This document shows positions 1 through 10,027 of a stretch of DNA of 62,372 nt, piece after piece. The DNA is from Ilumatobacteraceae bacterium. Its GTDB lineage: Bacteria > Actinomycetota > Acidimicrobiia > Acidimicrobiales > Ilumatobacteraceae. The notes beneath the pieces are model-generated. The model made no database searches. It had not been told where the DNA came from and saw only the letters and a list, made by a program, of their open reading frames with translations. A program made the position numbers and the translations under genes. Position 1 is the stretch's first letter; each line of letters opens with the position of its first letter. The DNA is taken from NCBI GenBank assembly GCA_039932495.1, contig JBDTPW010000002.1, forward strand, positions 1-62,372, in the 5' to 3' direction.

Positions 1-1541
1 TGGAGTTCAAGGCGCAGCGGTTCAACCCGATCGACATGATGGTCGGCTCGGGTGCTCGCGGCAACATGACGCAGATGCGTCAGATCGCCGGCATGCGTGG
101 CCTCGTGGCCAACCCACGTGGCGACATGATTCCACGTCCGATCAAGAACAACTTCCGTGAAGGCCTCGAAACATTGGAGTACTTCATTGCCACACCAGGC
201 GCTCGAAAGGGTCTTGTCGATACGGCGTTGCGTACTGCAGACTCCGGCTATCTGACCCGAAGATTGCACGACGTTGCCCAGGAACTCATCGTTAGAGAAG
301 ATGATTGCGGAACAACGCTCGGCGTGTGGGTCGACAACATAGTCCAGGACACCGCCAATACGCGCAGTTACCTGGATACCAAGTTGTTCGGACGAGCCTT
401 GCTCAACGACATTGAGTTGGAAGACGGCACCACCATCGCCAAGAACACGATCCTTTCGGATGATGATGTCGTGAAATTGCGCGATGATTCAAGAGTCACT
501 CGCGCCCGCGTTCGTTCGGTGCTGACGTGTGACGCCGAAGTTGGCGTGTGCGCACTTTGCTACGGTCGCTCGCTCGCCACGGGCTTGTCGATCGAACTTG
601 GCGAAGCCGTCGGCGTTATTGCCGCCCAATCGATTGGTGAACCTGGCACACAGTTGACGATGCGTACCTTCCATACGGGAGGAGTTGCCGGCAAGGACAT
701 CGCCGGTGGTTTGCCACGCGTCGTTGAACTATTCGAGGCACGTAACCCACGCGGCTCGGCGCGACTCGCCAGAGCAAACGGTGTCGTGCGCATTCTCGAA
801 GACGAGGGCAAGGGAATTCCTGTCAAGGTCATCGACGATGAGGGAACCGAACACGAAGTCATTTTGCCAACGGGTAGCCGTTTGATTGTCAAAGACGGTC
901 AGGACATCACCGCAGGCGAAAGACTCACCGATGGTCCGCTCGATCCGAAGGAACTAATGGAGATCAAGGGCCCACGTGAAACCCAGGTGTACCTCGTCGA
1001 AGAGGTGCAAAAGGTGTATCGCGATCAAGGTGTGTCGATTCACGACAAGCACATCGAACTCATCGTTCGTCAAATGACGCGACGTGTTGGTGTACAGGAA
1101 CCGGGTGACACAGGCTTCTTGCCAGGCGAGCGTTCCGACGCGAAGGTATTCCGCGACACCAACCGTCGAATGGTCGAGGAAGGCAAGCGTCCGGCAGAAG
1201 GTCGCCCGGAATTGATGGGTATCACGAAGGCTTCGTTGGCCACCGAATCGTGGCTGTCGGCCGCGTCATTCCAAGAGACCACTCGAGTGCTCACCGAAGC
1301 CGCAATCGACGGCAAGGCGGACAATCTCGTCGGTCTCAAAGAGAACATCATCATCGGCAAGTTGATTCCGGCCGGTTCCGGCATGGATCGTTACAACCTG
1401 TTTGATGTCAGCGCTCCGGATTATGTTCCGATGGCGTACTACTCGAGCGAAGACGAAGATGATCCGGCCTCGTTCTTGGCAGGGTTGCACGGCACGTATG
1501 TGTCGGGTAGCACCGATTCAGACTCTGAAGTGGCTCAATAA
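1..1541 (+). CDS. rpoC: DNA-directed RNA polymerase subunit beta' (C-terminal ~510 aa). The 5' end lies upstream of the window and the reading frame enters at nt 3.
   Basis: The frame is open from the window edge. The translation [21 protein letters not shown]...[16 protein letters not shown]...[15 protein letters not shown] is the conserved beta' C-terminal core. The str operon follows immediately. Confidence 0.97.
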   Translation, partial: EFKAQRFNPIDMMVGSGARGNMTQMRQIAGMRGLVANPRGDMIPRPIKNNFREGLETLEYFIATPGARKGLVDTALRTADSGYLTRRLHDVAQELIVREDDCGTTLGVWVDNIVQDTANTRSYLDTKLFGRALLNDIELEDGTTIAKNTILSDDDVVKLRDDSRVTRARVRSVLTCDAEVGVCALCYGRSLATGLSIELGEAVGVIAAQSIGEPGTQLTMRTFHTGGVAGKDIAGGLPRVVELFEARNPRGSARLARANGVVRILEDEGKGIPVKVIDDEGTEHEVILPTGSRLIVKDGQDITAGERLTDGPLDPKELMEIKGPRETQVYLVEEVQKVYRDQGVSIHDKHIELIVRQMTRRVGVQEPGDTGFLPGERSDAKVFRDTNRRMVEEGKRPAEGRPELMGITKASLATESWLSAASFQETTRVLTEAAIDGKADNLVGLKENIIIGKLIPAGSGMDRYNLFDVSAPDYVPMAYYSSEDEDDPASFLAGLHGTYVSGSTDSDSEVAQ

Positions 1542-1584
1542 CGGCTGCAAATACGACAGACCACGGTTTGTCGTCCATGTCAGG

Positions 1585-1614
1585 TTGCCATAACTAGACA
1601 CTCAGCCGTAGTAT
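1585..1614 (+). promoter_or_regulatory. Candidate sigma-70-type promoter for the str operon (TTGCCA-N18-TAGTAT)
   Basis: Hexamers were read directly in the 160-nt rpoC-rpsL spacer. This is a by-eye match only. Confidence 0.25.
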
Positions 1615-1701
1615 TTCCTTTCTGATTGTTTGGTGTTGTCGGCTAGTCCGATCCACCTGATTTCGTTAGTTCATCTGGTTTAACAAAGTAAAGGTAAACG
1701 T

Positions 1702-2070
1702 GTGCCCACAATTCAGCAGCTGATCCGTCAGGGTCGAAGCACGAAGACGACAAAGACAAAAACACCCGCGCTCAAGGGTTCGCCACAGCGCCGCGGTGTG
1801 TGCACGCGCGTATTTACAACAACGCCAAAGAAACCCAATTCGGCATTGCGTAAGGTTGCCAGAGTGCGTCTAACAAGTGGTGTCGAAATTACCGCTTACA
1901 TTCCAGGTGAAGGCCACAATCTGCAGGAACACTCGATCGTCCTGGTCCGTGGTGGTCGCGTGCGCGATTTGCCTGGTGTTCGGTACAAGGTCATTCGCGG
2001 AGCACTCGATGCAGCCGGTGTGAAAGATCGCAAACAATCCCGCAGTCGCTACGGCGCCAAGAAGAAGTAA
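1702..2070 (+). CDS. rpsL: 30S ribosomal protein S12
   Basis: GTG start. The translation [12 protein letters not shown]...[13 protein letters not shown]...[13 protein letters not shown] is unmistakably S12. Confidence 0.98.
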   Translation: MPTIQQLIRQGRSTKTTKTKTPALKGSPQRRGVCTRVFTTTPKKPNSALRKVARVRLTSGVEITAYIPGEGHNLQEHSIVLVRGGRVRDLPGVRYKVIRGALDAAGVKDRKQSRSRYGAKKK

Positions 2071-2091
2071 GAAAGAAACTGGTAATTCCAC

Positions 2092-2562
2092 ATGTCACGT
2101 AAAGGTCCCGCAGTTCGCCGCGATATGGTCGCCGATCCGGTTTATCGTTCAGTTCTCGTCACCCAACTTTTGAACAAGGTCATGTTGGACGGCAAGAAGA
2201 GCATTGCCGAACACATCGTCTATGACGCGATGAAAGCGGTCGAAGTAAAAACGGGTAGCGAGCCACTGACAACCGTCAAGCGCGCGATCGATAATGTCAA
2301 GCCGCCACTTGAAGTACGTAGCCGTCGTGTCGGCGGTGCCACGTACCAAGTTCCGGTGGAAGTTCGTCCGCGTCGGGCCACAACTCTTGCCATTCGATGG
2401 GTTGTTGAAAACGCACGCAAGCGTCGTGAAAAGACGATGGCCGAGTGCCTCGCCAATGAGATTCTTGATGCCTCCAATGGATTGGGTGCCTCGATGAAAA
2501 AGCGCGACGACATGCAAAAGATGGCTGAGTCGAACAAGGCGTTTGCTCACTACCGCTGGTAG
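2092..2562 (+). CDS. rpsG: 30S ribosomal protein S7
   Basis: [10 protein letters not shown]...[13 protein letters not shown]...AFAHYRW, located directly after rpsL. Confidence 0.98.
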   Translation: MSRKGPAVRRDMVADPVYRSVLVTQLLNKVMLDGKKSIAEHIVYDAMKAVEVKTGSEPLTTVKRAIDNVKPPLEVRSRRVGGATYQVPVEVRPRRATTLAIRWVVENARKRREKTMAECLANEILDASNGLGASMKKRDDMQKMAESNKAFAHYRW

Positions 2563-2591
2563 TTAGTTTCGAAGTCTGAGAAAGAACCCCC

Positions 2592-4676
2592 ATGGCACAG
2601 CGTGAATACCCGTTAGATCGTTATCGCAACATTGGCATCATGGCCCACATCGATGCTGGAAAAACGACGACGACCGAGCGCGTCCTCTATTACACCGGCA
2701 AGACATACAAGATCGGTGAGGTGCACGAAGGCGCCGCCGTCATGGACCACATGGCCCAAGAGCAAGAGCGCGGCATCACGATTACGTCGGCGGCAACGAC
2801 TACGTTCTGGCGCGATCATCGAATCAACATCATTGACACTCCCGGCCACGTCGACTTCACAATCGAAGTAGAGCGTTCGCTTCGAGTGTTGGACGGCGCA
2901 GTTGCGGTATTCGATTCGGTGGCCGGAGTCGAGCCACAGACCGAGACGGTGTGGCGTCAGGCCAACAAGTACAGAGTGCCCAGAATGTGTTTCATCAACA
3001 AGATGGATCGCACCGGCGCAAACTTTTATCGCACTTTGGACATGATCAAGGATCGCCTCGGGGCGGTAGCCGCAGTTTTGCAATTGCCATACGGTGCAGA
3101 AGCCGGGTTCAAGGGAATGATCGACATCGTCAAAATGAAGGCAGTTGTCTGGGATGGTGACGAAAAGGATTCGGAATACAAAGACGTAGAGATTCCTGCC
3201 GAGTATCTGGAAAAGGCTCAGCAATATCGCGCGGAGTTGCTTGAACTTGTTGCCGGCGAAGACGAGGCGCTGATGGAGACATTTCTTGCCAGCAACGATC
3301 TTTCCGAAGACGAATTGCGAGCCGGAATTCGCAAGGGAACCTTGGCATTTAGTTTCGTTCCAATTCTGTGCGGATCGGCGTTCAAGAACAAAGGCGTCCA
3401 GCAAATGCTCGACGCGGTCGTTGACTACATGCCATGTCCGCTTGACATTCCACCGGCAAAGGGAACCAAACCAGACAGCGACGAACAGATCTCACGCGTC
3501 GCAGACGAGGCCGGTCCGTTCGCCGCACTCGCCTTCAAGATCGTTGCCGATCCGTTCGGCCGCCTCACTTATTTCCGTGTCTATTCGGGCACTATAAACA
3601 AAGGTGATGAGGTCTATAACTCGACGAAGGAGAAGCGCGAGCGCGTAGGTCGATTGCTGCTCATGCACGCCAACCAGCGTGAGGATATTGACTTCGCCAT
3701 GGCCGGAGACATTGTCGCTGGTCTCGGTTTCAAGGATGTGACGACCGGTGACACCCTGTGCGACCGCAACAATCCGATCGTCCTAGAGCGAATGATTTTT
3801 CCGGAGCCAGTCATCCACGTGGCGATCGAACCAAAGACGAAGAACGACCAAGACAAACTAGGCAAGGCATTGAAGTCGCTTTCCGATGAGGATCCAACGT
3901 TCCGCGTGCGTACCGATGAGGAAACCGCGCAGACGGTTATTTCGGGAATGGGCGAGTTGCACCTGGAAATTCTTGTCGATCGCATGCAACGAGAATTCGG
4001 CGTTGATGCAACTGTCGGTAAGCCACAAGTGGCGTACCGAGAAACCATCACCCGCAAGGTGGAAAACGTTGAATACCGGCACATCAAGCAGTCGGGTGGT
4101 TCCGGTCAGTTCGCCGTCGTCAAAATTGATATCGAACCAAGCGGTGTTGGCAACGGTTACCAATTTGTTGATGACATCACGGGCGGTCGTATTCCTCGCG
4201 AATACATCCAGCCGGTAAACCAGGGGCTGCAATCCGCTCTAGATAATGGAGTGCTCGCCGGCTACCCAACCGTTGACGTCAAGATCACGCTTGTCGACGG
4301 TCAGTATCACGACGTTGACTCGAGCGAAATGGCGTTCAAGATCGCCGGACAAATGGTGTTTCGCAAGGCCGCCCAACTGGCCAAGCCGATCATTCTCGAG
4401 CCGATTATGGCCGTCGAAGTTGTGACTCCAGAGGACTATATGGGCGACGTCATGGGCGACTTGTCGAGCCGTCGTGGCCGCATAGAAGGCATGGAAGCCA
4501 ATGGCAATGCCCAGAACATCAGGGCGCAGGTTCCGCTTTCGGAAATGTTCGGATACAGTACAGACCTGCGTTCACGTACTCAGGGACGTGCAACCTACAC
4601 AATGCAGTTCCATAGTTACCAGCAAGTCCCTGCAGTCATCAGCGAAGAAATTATTAAGCGAGTGCGCGGCGAATAG
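2592..4676 (+). CDS. fusA: Elongation factor G
   Basis: G-domain motifs [17 protein letters not shown] and NKMD. 694 aa, in the str operon position. Confidence 0.98.
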   Translation: MAQREYPLDRYRNIGIMAHIDAGKTTTTERVLYYTGKTYKIGEVHEGAAVMDHMAQEQERGITITSAATTTFWRDHRINIIDTPGHVDFTIEVERSLRVLDGAVAVFDSVAGVEPQTETVWRQANKYRVPRMCFINKMDRTGANFYRTLDMIKDRLGAVAAVLQLPYGAEAGFKGMIDIVKMKAVVWDGDEKDSEYKDVEIPAEYLEKAQQYRAELLELVAGEDEALMETFLASNDLSEDELRAGIRKGTLAFSFVPILCGSAFKNKGVQQMLDAVVDYMPCPLDIPPAKGTKPDSDEQISRVADEAGPFAALAFKIVADPFGRLTYFRVYSGTINKGDEVYNSTKEKRERVGRLLLMHANQREDIDFAMAGDIVAGLGFKDVTTGDTLCDRNNPIVLERMIFPEPVIHVAIEPKTKNDQDKLGKALKSLSDEDPTFRVRTDEETAQTVISGMGELHLEILVDRMQREFGVDATVGKPQVAYRETITRKVENVEYRHIKQSGGSGQFAVVKIDIEPSGVGNGYQFVDDITGGRIPREYIQPVNQGLQSALDNGVLAGYPTVDVKITLVDGQYHDVDSSEMAFKIAGQMVFRKAAQLAKPIILEPIMAVEVVTPEDYMGDVMGDLSSRRGRIEGMEANGNAQNIRAQVPLSEMFGYSTDLRSRTQGRATYTMQFHSYQQVPAVISEEIIKRVRGE

Positions 4677-4712
4677 TCCACACCAAAGAGGAAGCAACTA
4701 ACAGGAGTAGTC

Positions 4713-5897
4713 ATGTCAAAGGCAAAGTTTCAGCGCAATAAGCCACACGTCAACATCGGCACGATGGGTCACATCGACCACGGCAAGACAACGTTGACCG
4801 CTGCGATTTCCAAGACATTGGCCGGCAAGGGTTTAGCCGAGTACACCCCGTTCGAACAGATCGACAAGGCGCCAGAAGAGAAGGCCCGTGGTATCACGAT
4901 CTCGATCGCTCACATTGAGTACGAGTCGGAGAAGCGTCACTATGCCCACGTTGACATGCCGGGACACGCTGACTACATCAAGAACATGATCACCGGTGCT
5001 GCTCAGGTTGATGGCGCAATTTTGGTTGTTGCCGCCACCGACGGACCGATGCCTCAGACTCGTGAACACGTGCTGTTGGCCCGCCAAGTTGGAGTGCCAT
5101 ACATCGTCATCGCCCTGAACAAGGCAGACCTCGTCGACGACGAAGAACTTCTCGAATTGGTCGAAGTCGAATGTCGTGACCTGCTCACCTCATATGAATT
5201 CCCTGGCGATACCGCACCCGTCGTGCGTGTCTCGGCGTTGAAGGCATTGGAAGGCGATGCAGACGCACAAGAAAAAATCATGGAGCTCATTCGCGCCTGC
5301 GACGAATCTATTCCAGAACCAAAGCGGGAACTGGACAAGCCATTCCTCATGCCAATTGAAGACGTGTTCACGATCACCGGTCGTGGAACTGTTGTAACTG
5401 GCAAAGTCGAGCAGGGTCGCATTCACACCGGCGATGAAATTGAAATTGTCGGATTGCGCGACACCCAAAAGACGGTTTGTACCGGCGTTGAAATGTTCCG
5501 CAAGCTCTTGGATGAGGGTATGGCGGGCGACAACATCGGCGCTCTCTTGCGCGGCACGAAGAAGGAAGATGTCGAGCGCGGGCAGGTGCTTTGCGCGCCG
5601 GGCTCAATTACGCCACACACAACCTTCGAGGGCCAGGTATACGTTTTGAAGAAGGAGGAAGGTGGTCGTCACAAGCCGTTCTTCAACAACTATCGACCAC
5701 AATTCTTCTTCCGCACAACGGATGTCACCGGCACCGTCGAATTGCCAAAGGGCACCGAAATGGTGATGCCTGGCGACAACGTGTCGATGACAGTCGAGTT
5801 GGGCAAGCCGATTGCCATGGTCGAGGGTCTCCGTTTTGCCATCCGCGAAGGTGGACGAACGGTCGGCGCAGGCCGAGTCGTAAAGATTCTCAAGTAG
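4713..5897 (+). CDS. tuf: Elongation factor Tu
   Basis: [17 protein letters not shown] and NKADL motifs. 394 aa. Confidence 0.98.
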   Translation: MSKAKFQRNKPHVNIGTMGHIDHGKTTLTAAISKTLAGKGLAEYTPFEQIDKAPEEKARGITISIAHIEYESEKRHYAHVDMPGHADYIKNMITGAAQVDGAILVVAATDGPMPQTREHVLLARQVGVPYIVIALNKADLVDDEELLELVEVECRDLLTSYEFPGDTAPVVRVSALKALEGDADAQEKIMELIRACDESIPEPKRELDKPFLMPIEDVFTITGRGTVVTGKVEQGRIHTGDEIEIVGLRDTQKTVCTGVEMFRKLLDEGMAGDNIGALLRGTKKEDVERGQVLCAPGSITPHTTFEGQVYVLKKEEGGRHKPFFNNYRPQFFFRTTDVTGTVELPKGTEMVMPGDNVSMTVELGKPIAMVEGLRFAIREGGRTVGAGRVVKILK

Positions 5898-5932
5898 AGA
5901 ATTACAAGTAAAGAACCGGCCGGCATCGATTC

Positions 5933-6247
5933 ATGACCTCAAGTATTCGCATTCGGCTCAAGGCGTTTGATCATCGCATAATTGATGATTCGTCGAAAAA
6001 GATTGTTGAGACGGTTGCGCGTACCAATGCAACGGTTCGTGGCCCGATTCCGCTACCTACCGATAAGCATCGCTACACGGTGATTCGTGGACCACACGTG
6101 GACAAGGACTCGCGCGAGCATTTCGAGATGCGCATTCACAAGCGACTGATCGACATCATCGAGCCGAATGCCAAGACCATCGACAGCCTGCAGCGAATCG
6201 AGTTACCGGCCGGCGTTGATATTGAGATCAAGCTACAAAACAGTTAG
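5933..6247 (+). CDS. rpsJ: 30S ribosomal protein S10
   Basis: [16 protein letters not shown]...RGPIPLPT...[12 protein letters not shown]. Confidence 0.97.
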   Translation: MTSSIRIRLKAFDHRIIDDSSKKIVETVARTNATVRGPIPLPTDKHRYTVIRGPHVDKDSREHFEMRIHKRLIDIIEPNAKTIDSLQRIELPAGVDIEIKLQNS

Positions 6248-6759
6248 TTCTGTTTTCGCTCGTGCAGGGTGCACTGCATAAGAGCAACATCGAGCCAGCG
6301 GCCGAACTTGCGCCCAACCTCGCGCTCAACACCAACCAACGTAAATCCGCAAGCTTCGTGCACGGCGCGCGACCCAATTCCCGCGGCGCCAATCCTGGCC
6401 ATAACGGAGTGGAATCCCGACGCGTCTGCCATATCTAACAAATGTTCGAGTATTGCCCGACCAATGCCTTGACGCGTAAATGCCCGCGAGACGTATAGCG
6501 AATCCTCAACGGTGGTGCTGTATGCCGCCCGATCGCGATACACACTCAACGCGCCGAATCCGACAATTTGTTCGGCCGCTGTGGCGACAACAACCGAGAA
6601 CGCACCGCTGCGCTCCATAATCCACGCCTGTTGAGCCTCCAAAGTTCGCGGGACTAGGTCGAACGTGGAGGTTTCATTTTCCACCTCGAAGTTATAGATC
6701 TGGCGAATCGCCTCGGCGTCTTCGATGGTCGCCCGGCGGATGGAAAGATCGTTCACCAA
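6244..6759 (-). CDS. GNAT N-acetyltransferase of the phosphinothricin / methionine-sulfoximine acetyltransferase (PAT) type
   Basis: 171 aa. The [18 protein letters not shown]...RQGIGRAIL...[14 protein letters not shown] pattern is typical of PAT-family GNATs. Its stop codon overlaps the rpsJ stop codon (convergent 4-nt overlap). Confidence 0.8.
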   Translation of the reverse strand: MVNDLSIRRATIEDAEAIRQIYNFEVENETSTFDLVPRTLEAQQAWIMERSGAFSVVVATAAEQIVGFGALSVYRDRAAYSTTVEDSLYVSRAFTRQGIGRAILEHLLDMADASGFHSVMARIGAAGIGSRAVHEACGFTLVGVEREVGRKFGRWLDVALMQCTLHERKQN

Positions 6760-6879
6760 TTTCGAACATAGTGCGTTGAACAGGCCAATACTGGTGATTG
6801 CAACTAGGTCTTTAAGAACTAGTCAAGAAAGTGCTCCAACCAATGGTCAAGTTCAAAAAGTTGCGCTAGACATCAAGTT

Positions 6880-8091
6880 GTGACTGACAACTTTCCAGAC
6901 GAACCAAGCAGATGGAATACCGAACCAATTTTCGAACCCGTTAAATCACCAAGTCCATTTGTCTATTCGCCGCCACCCCCGCCTCCTCCCGCGGAGCGGC
7001 AACGTAAACGTGCGCCGTTAGTAGCAGTTGTTGCTCTCGTTTGTGGCTTACTTGGCGCAATCGTTGGTGTTGTTGCGGCCGATCACTGGGATCTCGGTTC
7101 GGACTCGGGATCGACGCGAAACGTTTCGTTTAGCCCTGTCATCACCAGCGCGCTAAGCGCAGATGATCCGAATCTCGGCCAAAGCATTGTCGCCCAGGTG
7201 ACCAACGCACTGAGCGACAGCGTGGTCACGATCTCAAGTGAAGTTACTGATGCGACGGGCAGTGGGGAGGCAGTTGGCACCGGTGTGGTTCTTACCGCCG
7301 ACGGAGAAATCCTGACCAACGCACACGTGGTGGCAGACGCCACAGCCGTTCGCGTTCGATTCGCCGGTGAATCCGAACCCCGCGCGGCCAAGGTCTTGGC
7401 CACAGACCCTGGCAATGACCTCGCACTCATCAAAATAGATGCGACTGGATTGACTCCAGTTACTTTTGCCCAGCCAGGAAGTGTTCGGGTCGGCGACTCC
7501 GTTGTGGCAATCGGTTACGCCCTCGCGTTAGACGGTGGACCAACGGTGTCGACAGGTATCGTCTCGGCGTTGAAGCGCACAATCATCACGGACTCCGGAG
7601 CTTTGAATGGTCTGATTCAGACGGACGCGGCAATCTCTTCTGGAAACTCCGGTGGCCCGCTCGTCAACCTGCGTGGCGAGGTCATCGGCATAAACACGGC
7701 CGTAGCCAGAAGCGACGCCACTTCGTCGGCCAACAACATTGGATTTTCTATTTCGGTGGACGAAGTCCTCCCAGAGATTGACCAGTTACGAATACTGGCA
7801 AACGGCGGTGTGCGCCAAGAGGGATTTCTCGGAGTCGGACTAGCTGGTCGAAGTGATGGCGGCCAGGGCGCGATCATCACAAGTGTTCAGGCCAACTCGC
7901 CGGCTTCGATTGCCGGTATTAAGGAGGGCGACATCGTGCTCTCCGTAGATGGCGAGCCGATCGATGGACAGGCCGCTTTGGTAGCCGCAATTCGTGATTC
8001 GGCGCCGGGGGCGACGGTAACCATTGAAATTCTGAGGAATTCAGAGCGACTTACGCTCACCGCAACCCTGGTAACTCGGACGAACAACTAA
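6880..8091 (+). CDS. Membrane-anchored HtrA/DegP-like serine protease with a C-terminal PDZ domain
   Basis: GTG start. It has a Pro-rich N-terminus (PPPPPPP), one TM helix (LVAVVALVCGLLGAIVGVVAA), and catalytic-triad contexts TNAHVV, DLALIK and GNSGGPL. A PDZ-like GAIITSVQANSPA...GDIVLSVDG follows. Confidence 0.9.
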   Translation: MTDNFPDEPSRWNTEPIFEPVKSPSPFVYSPPPPPPPAERQRKRAPLVAVVALVCGLLGAIVGVVAADHWDLGSDSGSTRNVSFSPVITSALSADDPNLGQSIVAQVTNALSDSVVTISSEVTDATGSGEAVGTGVVLTADGEILTNAHVVADATAVRVRFAGESEPRAAKVLATDPGNDLALIKIDATGLTPVTFAQPGSVRVGDSVVAIGYALALDGGPTVSTGIVSALKRTIITDSGALNGLIQTDAAISSGNSGGPLVNLRGEVIGINTAVARSDATSSANNIGFSISVDEVLPEIDQLRILANGGVRQEGFLGVGLAGRSDGGQGAIITSVQANSPASIAGIKEGDIVLSVDGEPIDGQAALVAAIRDSAPGATVTIEILRNSERLTLTATLVTRTNN

Positions 8092-8346
8092 ATCGGCTAA
8101 ATCGCGAAAAGGGTCCGTTTGTCGTTGGCATATGGCGCCGATAGAGTGACACACCCGTATCCACGACAGATCTGACACGTCGTCAGCGAAGTCCCTAATA
8201 GGTAATTTGACGTCACAACTGGCGTCTGTAAGCGCCCCATCGCGGTGGGGAACCTTACAGCGAAAACGATTTTGGTGCTCCGCCGGCCTCGCCGAGCGGA
8301 GCATTTGCGTGATTAAAGACTTTTACAACAGAAACGGACCGCCTTC
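8092..8346 (+). promoter_or_regulatory. Structured leader upstream of rplC. It contains a possible promoter (TTGTCG-N17-TAGAGT, 8119..8147), a nested hairpin (8226..8260) and a GC-rich terminator-like hairpin (8276..8303 followed by TTTG).
   Basis: Complementary segments were read directly: CTGTAAG/CTTACAG, TGCTCCGCCGGC/GCCGaGCGGAGCA, and GGTCCGTTT (8112..8120) with AAACGGACC (8332..8340). The function is unknown. Confidence 0.35.
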
Positions 8347-8988
8347 ATGGCACAGAAAGCAATCGTCGGCGAAAAGGTCGGCATGACACAGATTTGGGGC
8401 GATGACCAACATGTCATTCCCGTCACTGTGCTGCGTGTCGAACCGGCGCGAGTGGTCCAGGTGAAAACCGGAGAGCGCGATGGTTACTCCGCTTTGCAGG
8501 TCACGTACGGACAGAAAGACCCACGAAAGTTGTCAAAGCCGCAAGCCGGTCACTTTGCCAAGGCAGATGTTGTCGGAGGTCGTCGTGTTGTCGAATTGCG
8601 TTTGGATTCGGTAGATGGATTTCAGGTCGGTCAAGAAATTACCGTCGACACGCTTGTCGCCGGTGAGCGCGTGGACGTTATTGCCGTAAGTCGCGGTAAA
8701 GGTTTCGCCGGTGGAATGAAGCGCCACAACTTCCGCGGTCAAGGCGCATCGCACGGCAACCACAAGCATCACCGTGCTCCGGGTTCGATTGGTTCGTGTT
8801 CGTTTCCTGGTCGAGTACTCAAGGGACTACGCATGGCCGGTCACATGGGTCATCAGCAAACCACAACTCTCAACCTCGAAGTGGTACAAGCAGATCTTGA
8901 GCGTGGGTTACTTCTTGTAAGAGGATCTGTACCGGGTCCAAACGGCGGAGTTGTCATCGTGCGCAATGCGGTCAAGGGAAAGAAGTAA
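8347..8988 (+). CDS. rplC: 50S ribosomal protein L3
   Basis: GEKVGMTQIW...VSRGKGFAGGMKRHNF.GQ.ASHG. Confidence 0.97.
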   Translation: MAQKAIVGEKVGMTQIWGDDQHVIPVTVLRVEPARVVQVKTGERDGYSALQVTYGQKDPRKLSKPQAGHFAKADVVGGRRVVELRLDSVDGFQVGQEITVDTLVAGERVDVIAVSRGKGFAGGMKRHNFRGQGASHGNHKHHRAPGSIGSCSFPGRVLKGLRMAGHMGHQQTTTLNLEVVQADLERGLLLVRGSVPGPNGGVVIVRNAVKGKK

Positions 8989-8991
8989 GCG

Positions 8992-9720
8992 ATGGCCGCC
9001 GCAAAACCTAAGAAAGCAGCCGCCAAGAAGGCCGCTCCAAAGAAAGTTGTGGTCAAGAAGGCGGCGACGAAGAAAGTAGCGGCGAAGAAAGTTGCAGCGA
9101 AAAAAGCCCCTGCCAAGGCCGTTGCCCCAAAGACCGGCAACACGGCGTCGCTTCCCGCTGAATTTTTCGGTATCGAGCCAAACATCTCCGTCATGCATCA
9201 GGTGGTCACCGCTCAATTGGCTCATCGCCGGTCAGGAACACAAAGCACGAAGACTCGCGCAGAGGTTCGCGGTGGTGGATCAAAGCCGTTCAGTCAAAAG
9301 GGAACCGGTAACGCGCGTCAAGGTTCCATTCGCGCCCCGCACTTCAGCGGAGGTGGCGTGGCACTCGGACCAAAGCCACGAAAGTATTCGCAACGAACTC
9401 CCAAGAAAATGATTCAACTGGCGCTGCGTTCGGCACTGTCCGACCGAGCATTGGACAACAAAGTTGTTGTGGTCGACGAATTCACATTCGATGGTCCAAG
9501 TACAAAGGCGGCCTCAAGCCTTCTCGGTGCGCTTGGTTTGGACGGCAAGGTCATGGTGGTAGTCGAGCACACCGATGTTGTCGGTTCGAAGAGTTTCCGC
9601 AACATCAGCAACGTGCAGGTCGTAACAACAGGTGAACTCAATGCTTACGACGTGTTATCCAACGACTGGATTCTGTTCACTCAGGCAAGCCTGCCAAAGA
9701 CATTGGCGGTGGCAAAGTGA
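8992..9720 (+). CDS. rplD: 50S ribosomal protein L4 with a ~50-aa Lys/Ala-rich N-terminal extension
   Basis: The core [44 protein letters not shown] is L4. The ATG lies 3 nt after the rplC stop. Confidence 0.95.
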   Translation: MAAAKPKKAAAKKAAPKKVVVKKAATKKVAAKKVAAKKAPAKAVAPKTGNTASLPAEFFGIEPNISVMHQVVTAQLAHRRSGTQSTKTRAEVRGGGSKPFSQKGTGNARQGSIRAPHFSGGGVALGPKPRKYSQRTPKKMIQLALRSALSDRALDNKVVVVDEFTFDGPSTKAASSLLGALGLDGKVMVVVEHTDVVGSKSFRNISNVQVVTTGELNAYDVLSNDWILFTQASLPKTLAVAK

Positions 9721-10007
9721 AAGATCCGCGCGACATTATTTTGCGTCCAATTGTCTCGGAGAAGAGTTACTCCCTGATCGATAAAGGCACGTACACGTTT
9801 GAAGTGCACCCAGATGCGAGCAAGCCGGAAATCGGTGATGCCGTCGAATCCATTTGGGGAGTCAAGGTTCGACGTGTCAATACTCTCAACCGCCGTGGCA
9901 AGGTGCGTCAGACCCGCGGAACCAACCGTGTCGGTCAACGACCGAACACAAAGCGGGCCATCGTCACCCTCGAAGCGGGACATGAAATCCCGCTGTTTGA
10001 GAACTGA
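9717..10007 (+). CDS. rplW: 50S ribosomal protein L23
   Basis: GTG start overlapping the rplD stop (GTGA). [12 protein letters not shown]...YTFEV..DA.K.EI..AVE.. Confidence 0.95.
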   Translation: MKDPRDIILRPIVSEKSYSLIDKGTYTFEVHPDASKPEIGDAVESIWGVKVRRVNTLNRRGKVRQTRGTNRVGQRPNTKRAIVTLEAGHEIPLFEN

Positions 10008-10027
10008 TCGGGACTTAGGGAACGACT

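Noticed and set aside
2613-3404. Long antisense ORFs inside well-supported genes. Examples are 263 aa opposite fusA, 194 aa at 11566..12150 opposite rpsC, 227 aa at 21247..21930 opposite rpsD, 223 aa at 33046..33717 opposite tsaD, 196 aa at 36152..36742 opposite groEL, and 230 aa at 43387..44079 opposite guaA.
   Set aside because: Their translations are low-complexity and Arg/Ser/Pro-rich with no recognisable motifs. They lie opposite highly conserved genes. Open antisense frames like these are expected by chance in GC-biased coding DNA.
6244-6759. The GNAT next to the ribosomal genes as a possible GNAT-type toxin (AtaT/TacT-like) of a toxin-antitoxin pair.
   Set aside because: The sequence pattern (RQIYN...STFDL...KFGRWLD..LMQ) is that of phosphinothricin/MSO acetyltransferases. 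There is also no small RHH-type or DUF1778-type antitoxin ORF adjacent.
8041-8304. An 87-aa minus-strand ORF filling the htrA-rplC spacer.
   Set aside because: It overlaps the 3' end of htrA, has Cys/Arg/Asp-rich non-protein-like composition, has no start context, and lies over the hairpin-forming segments. An RNA-level explanation is more likely.
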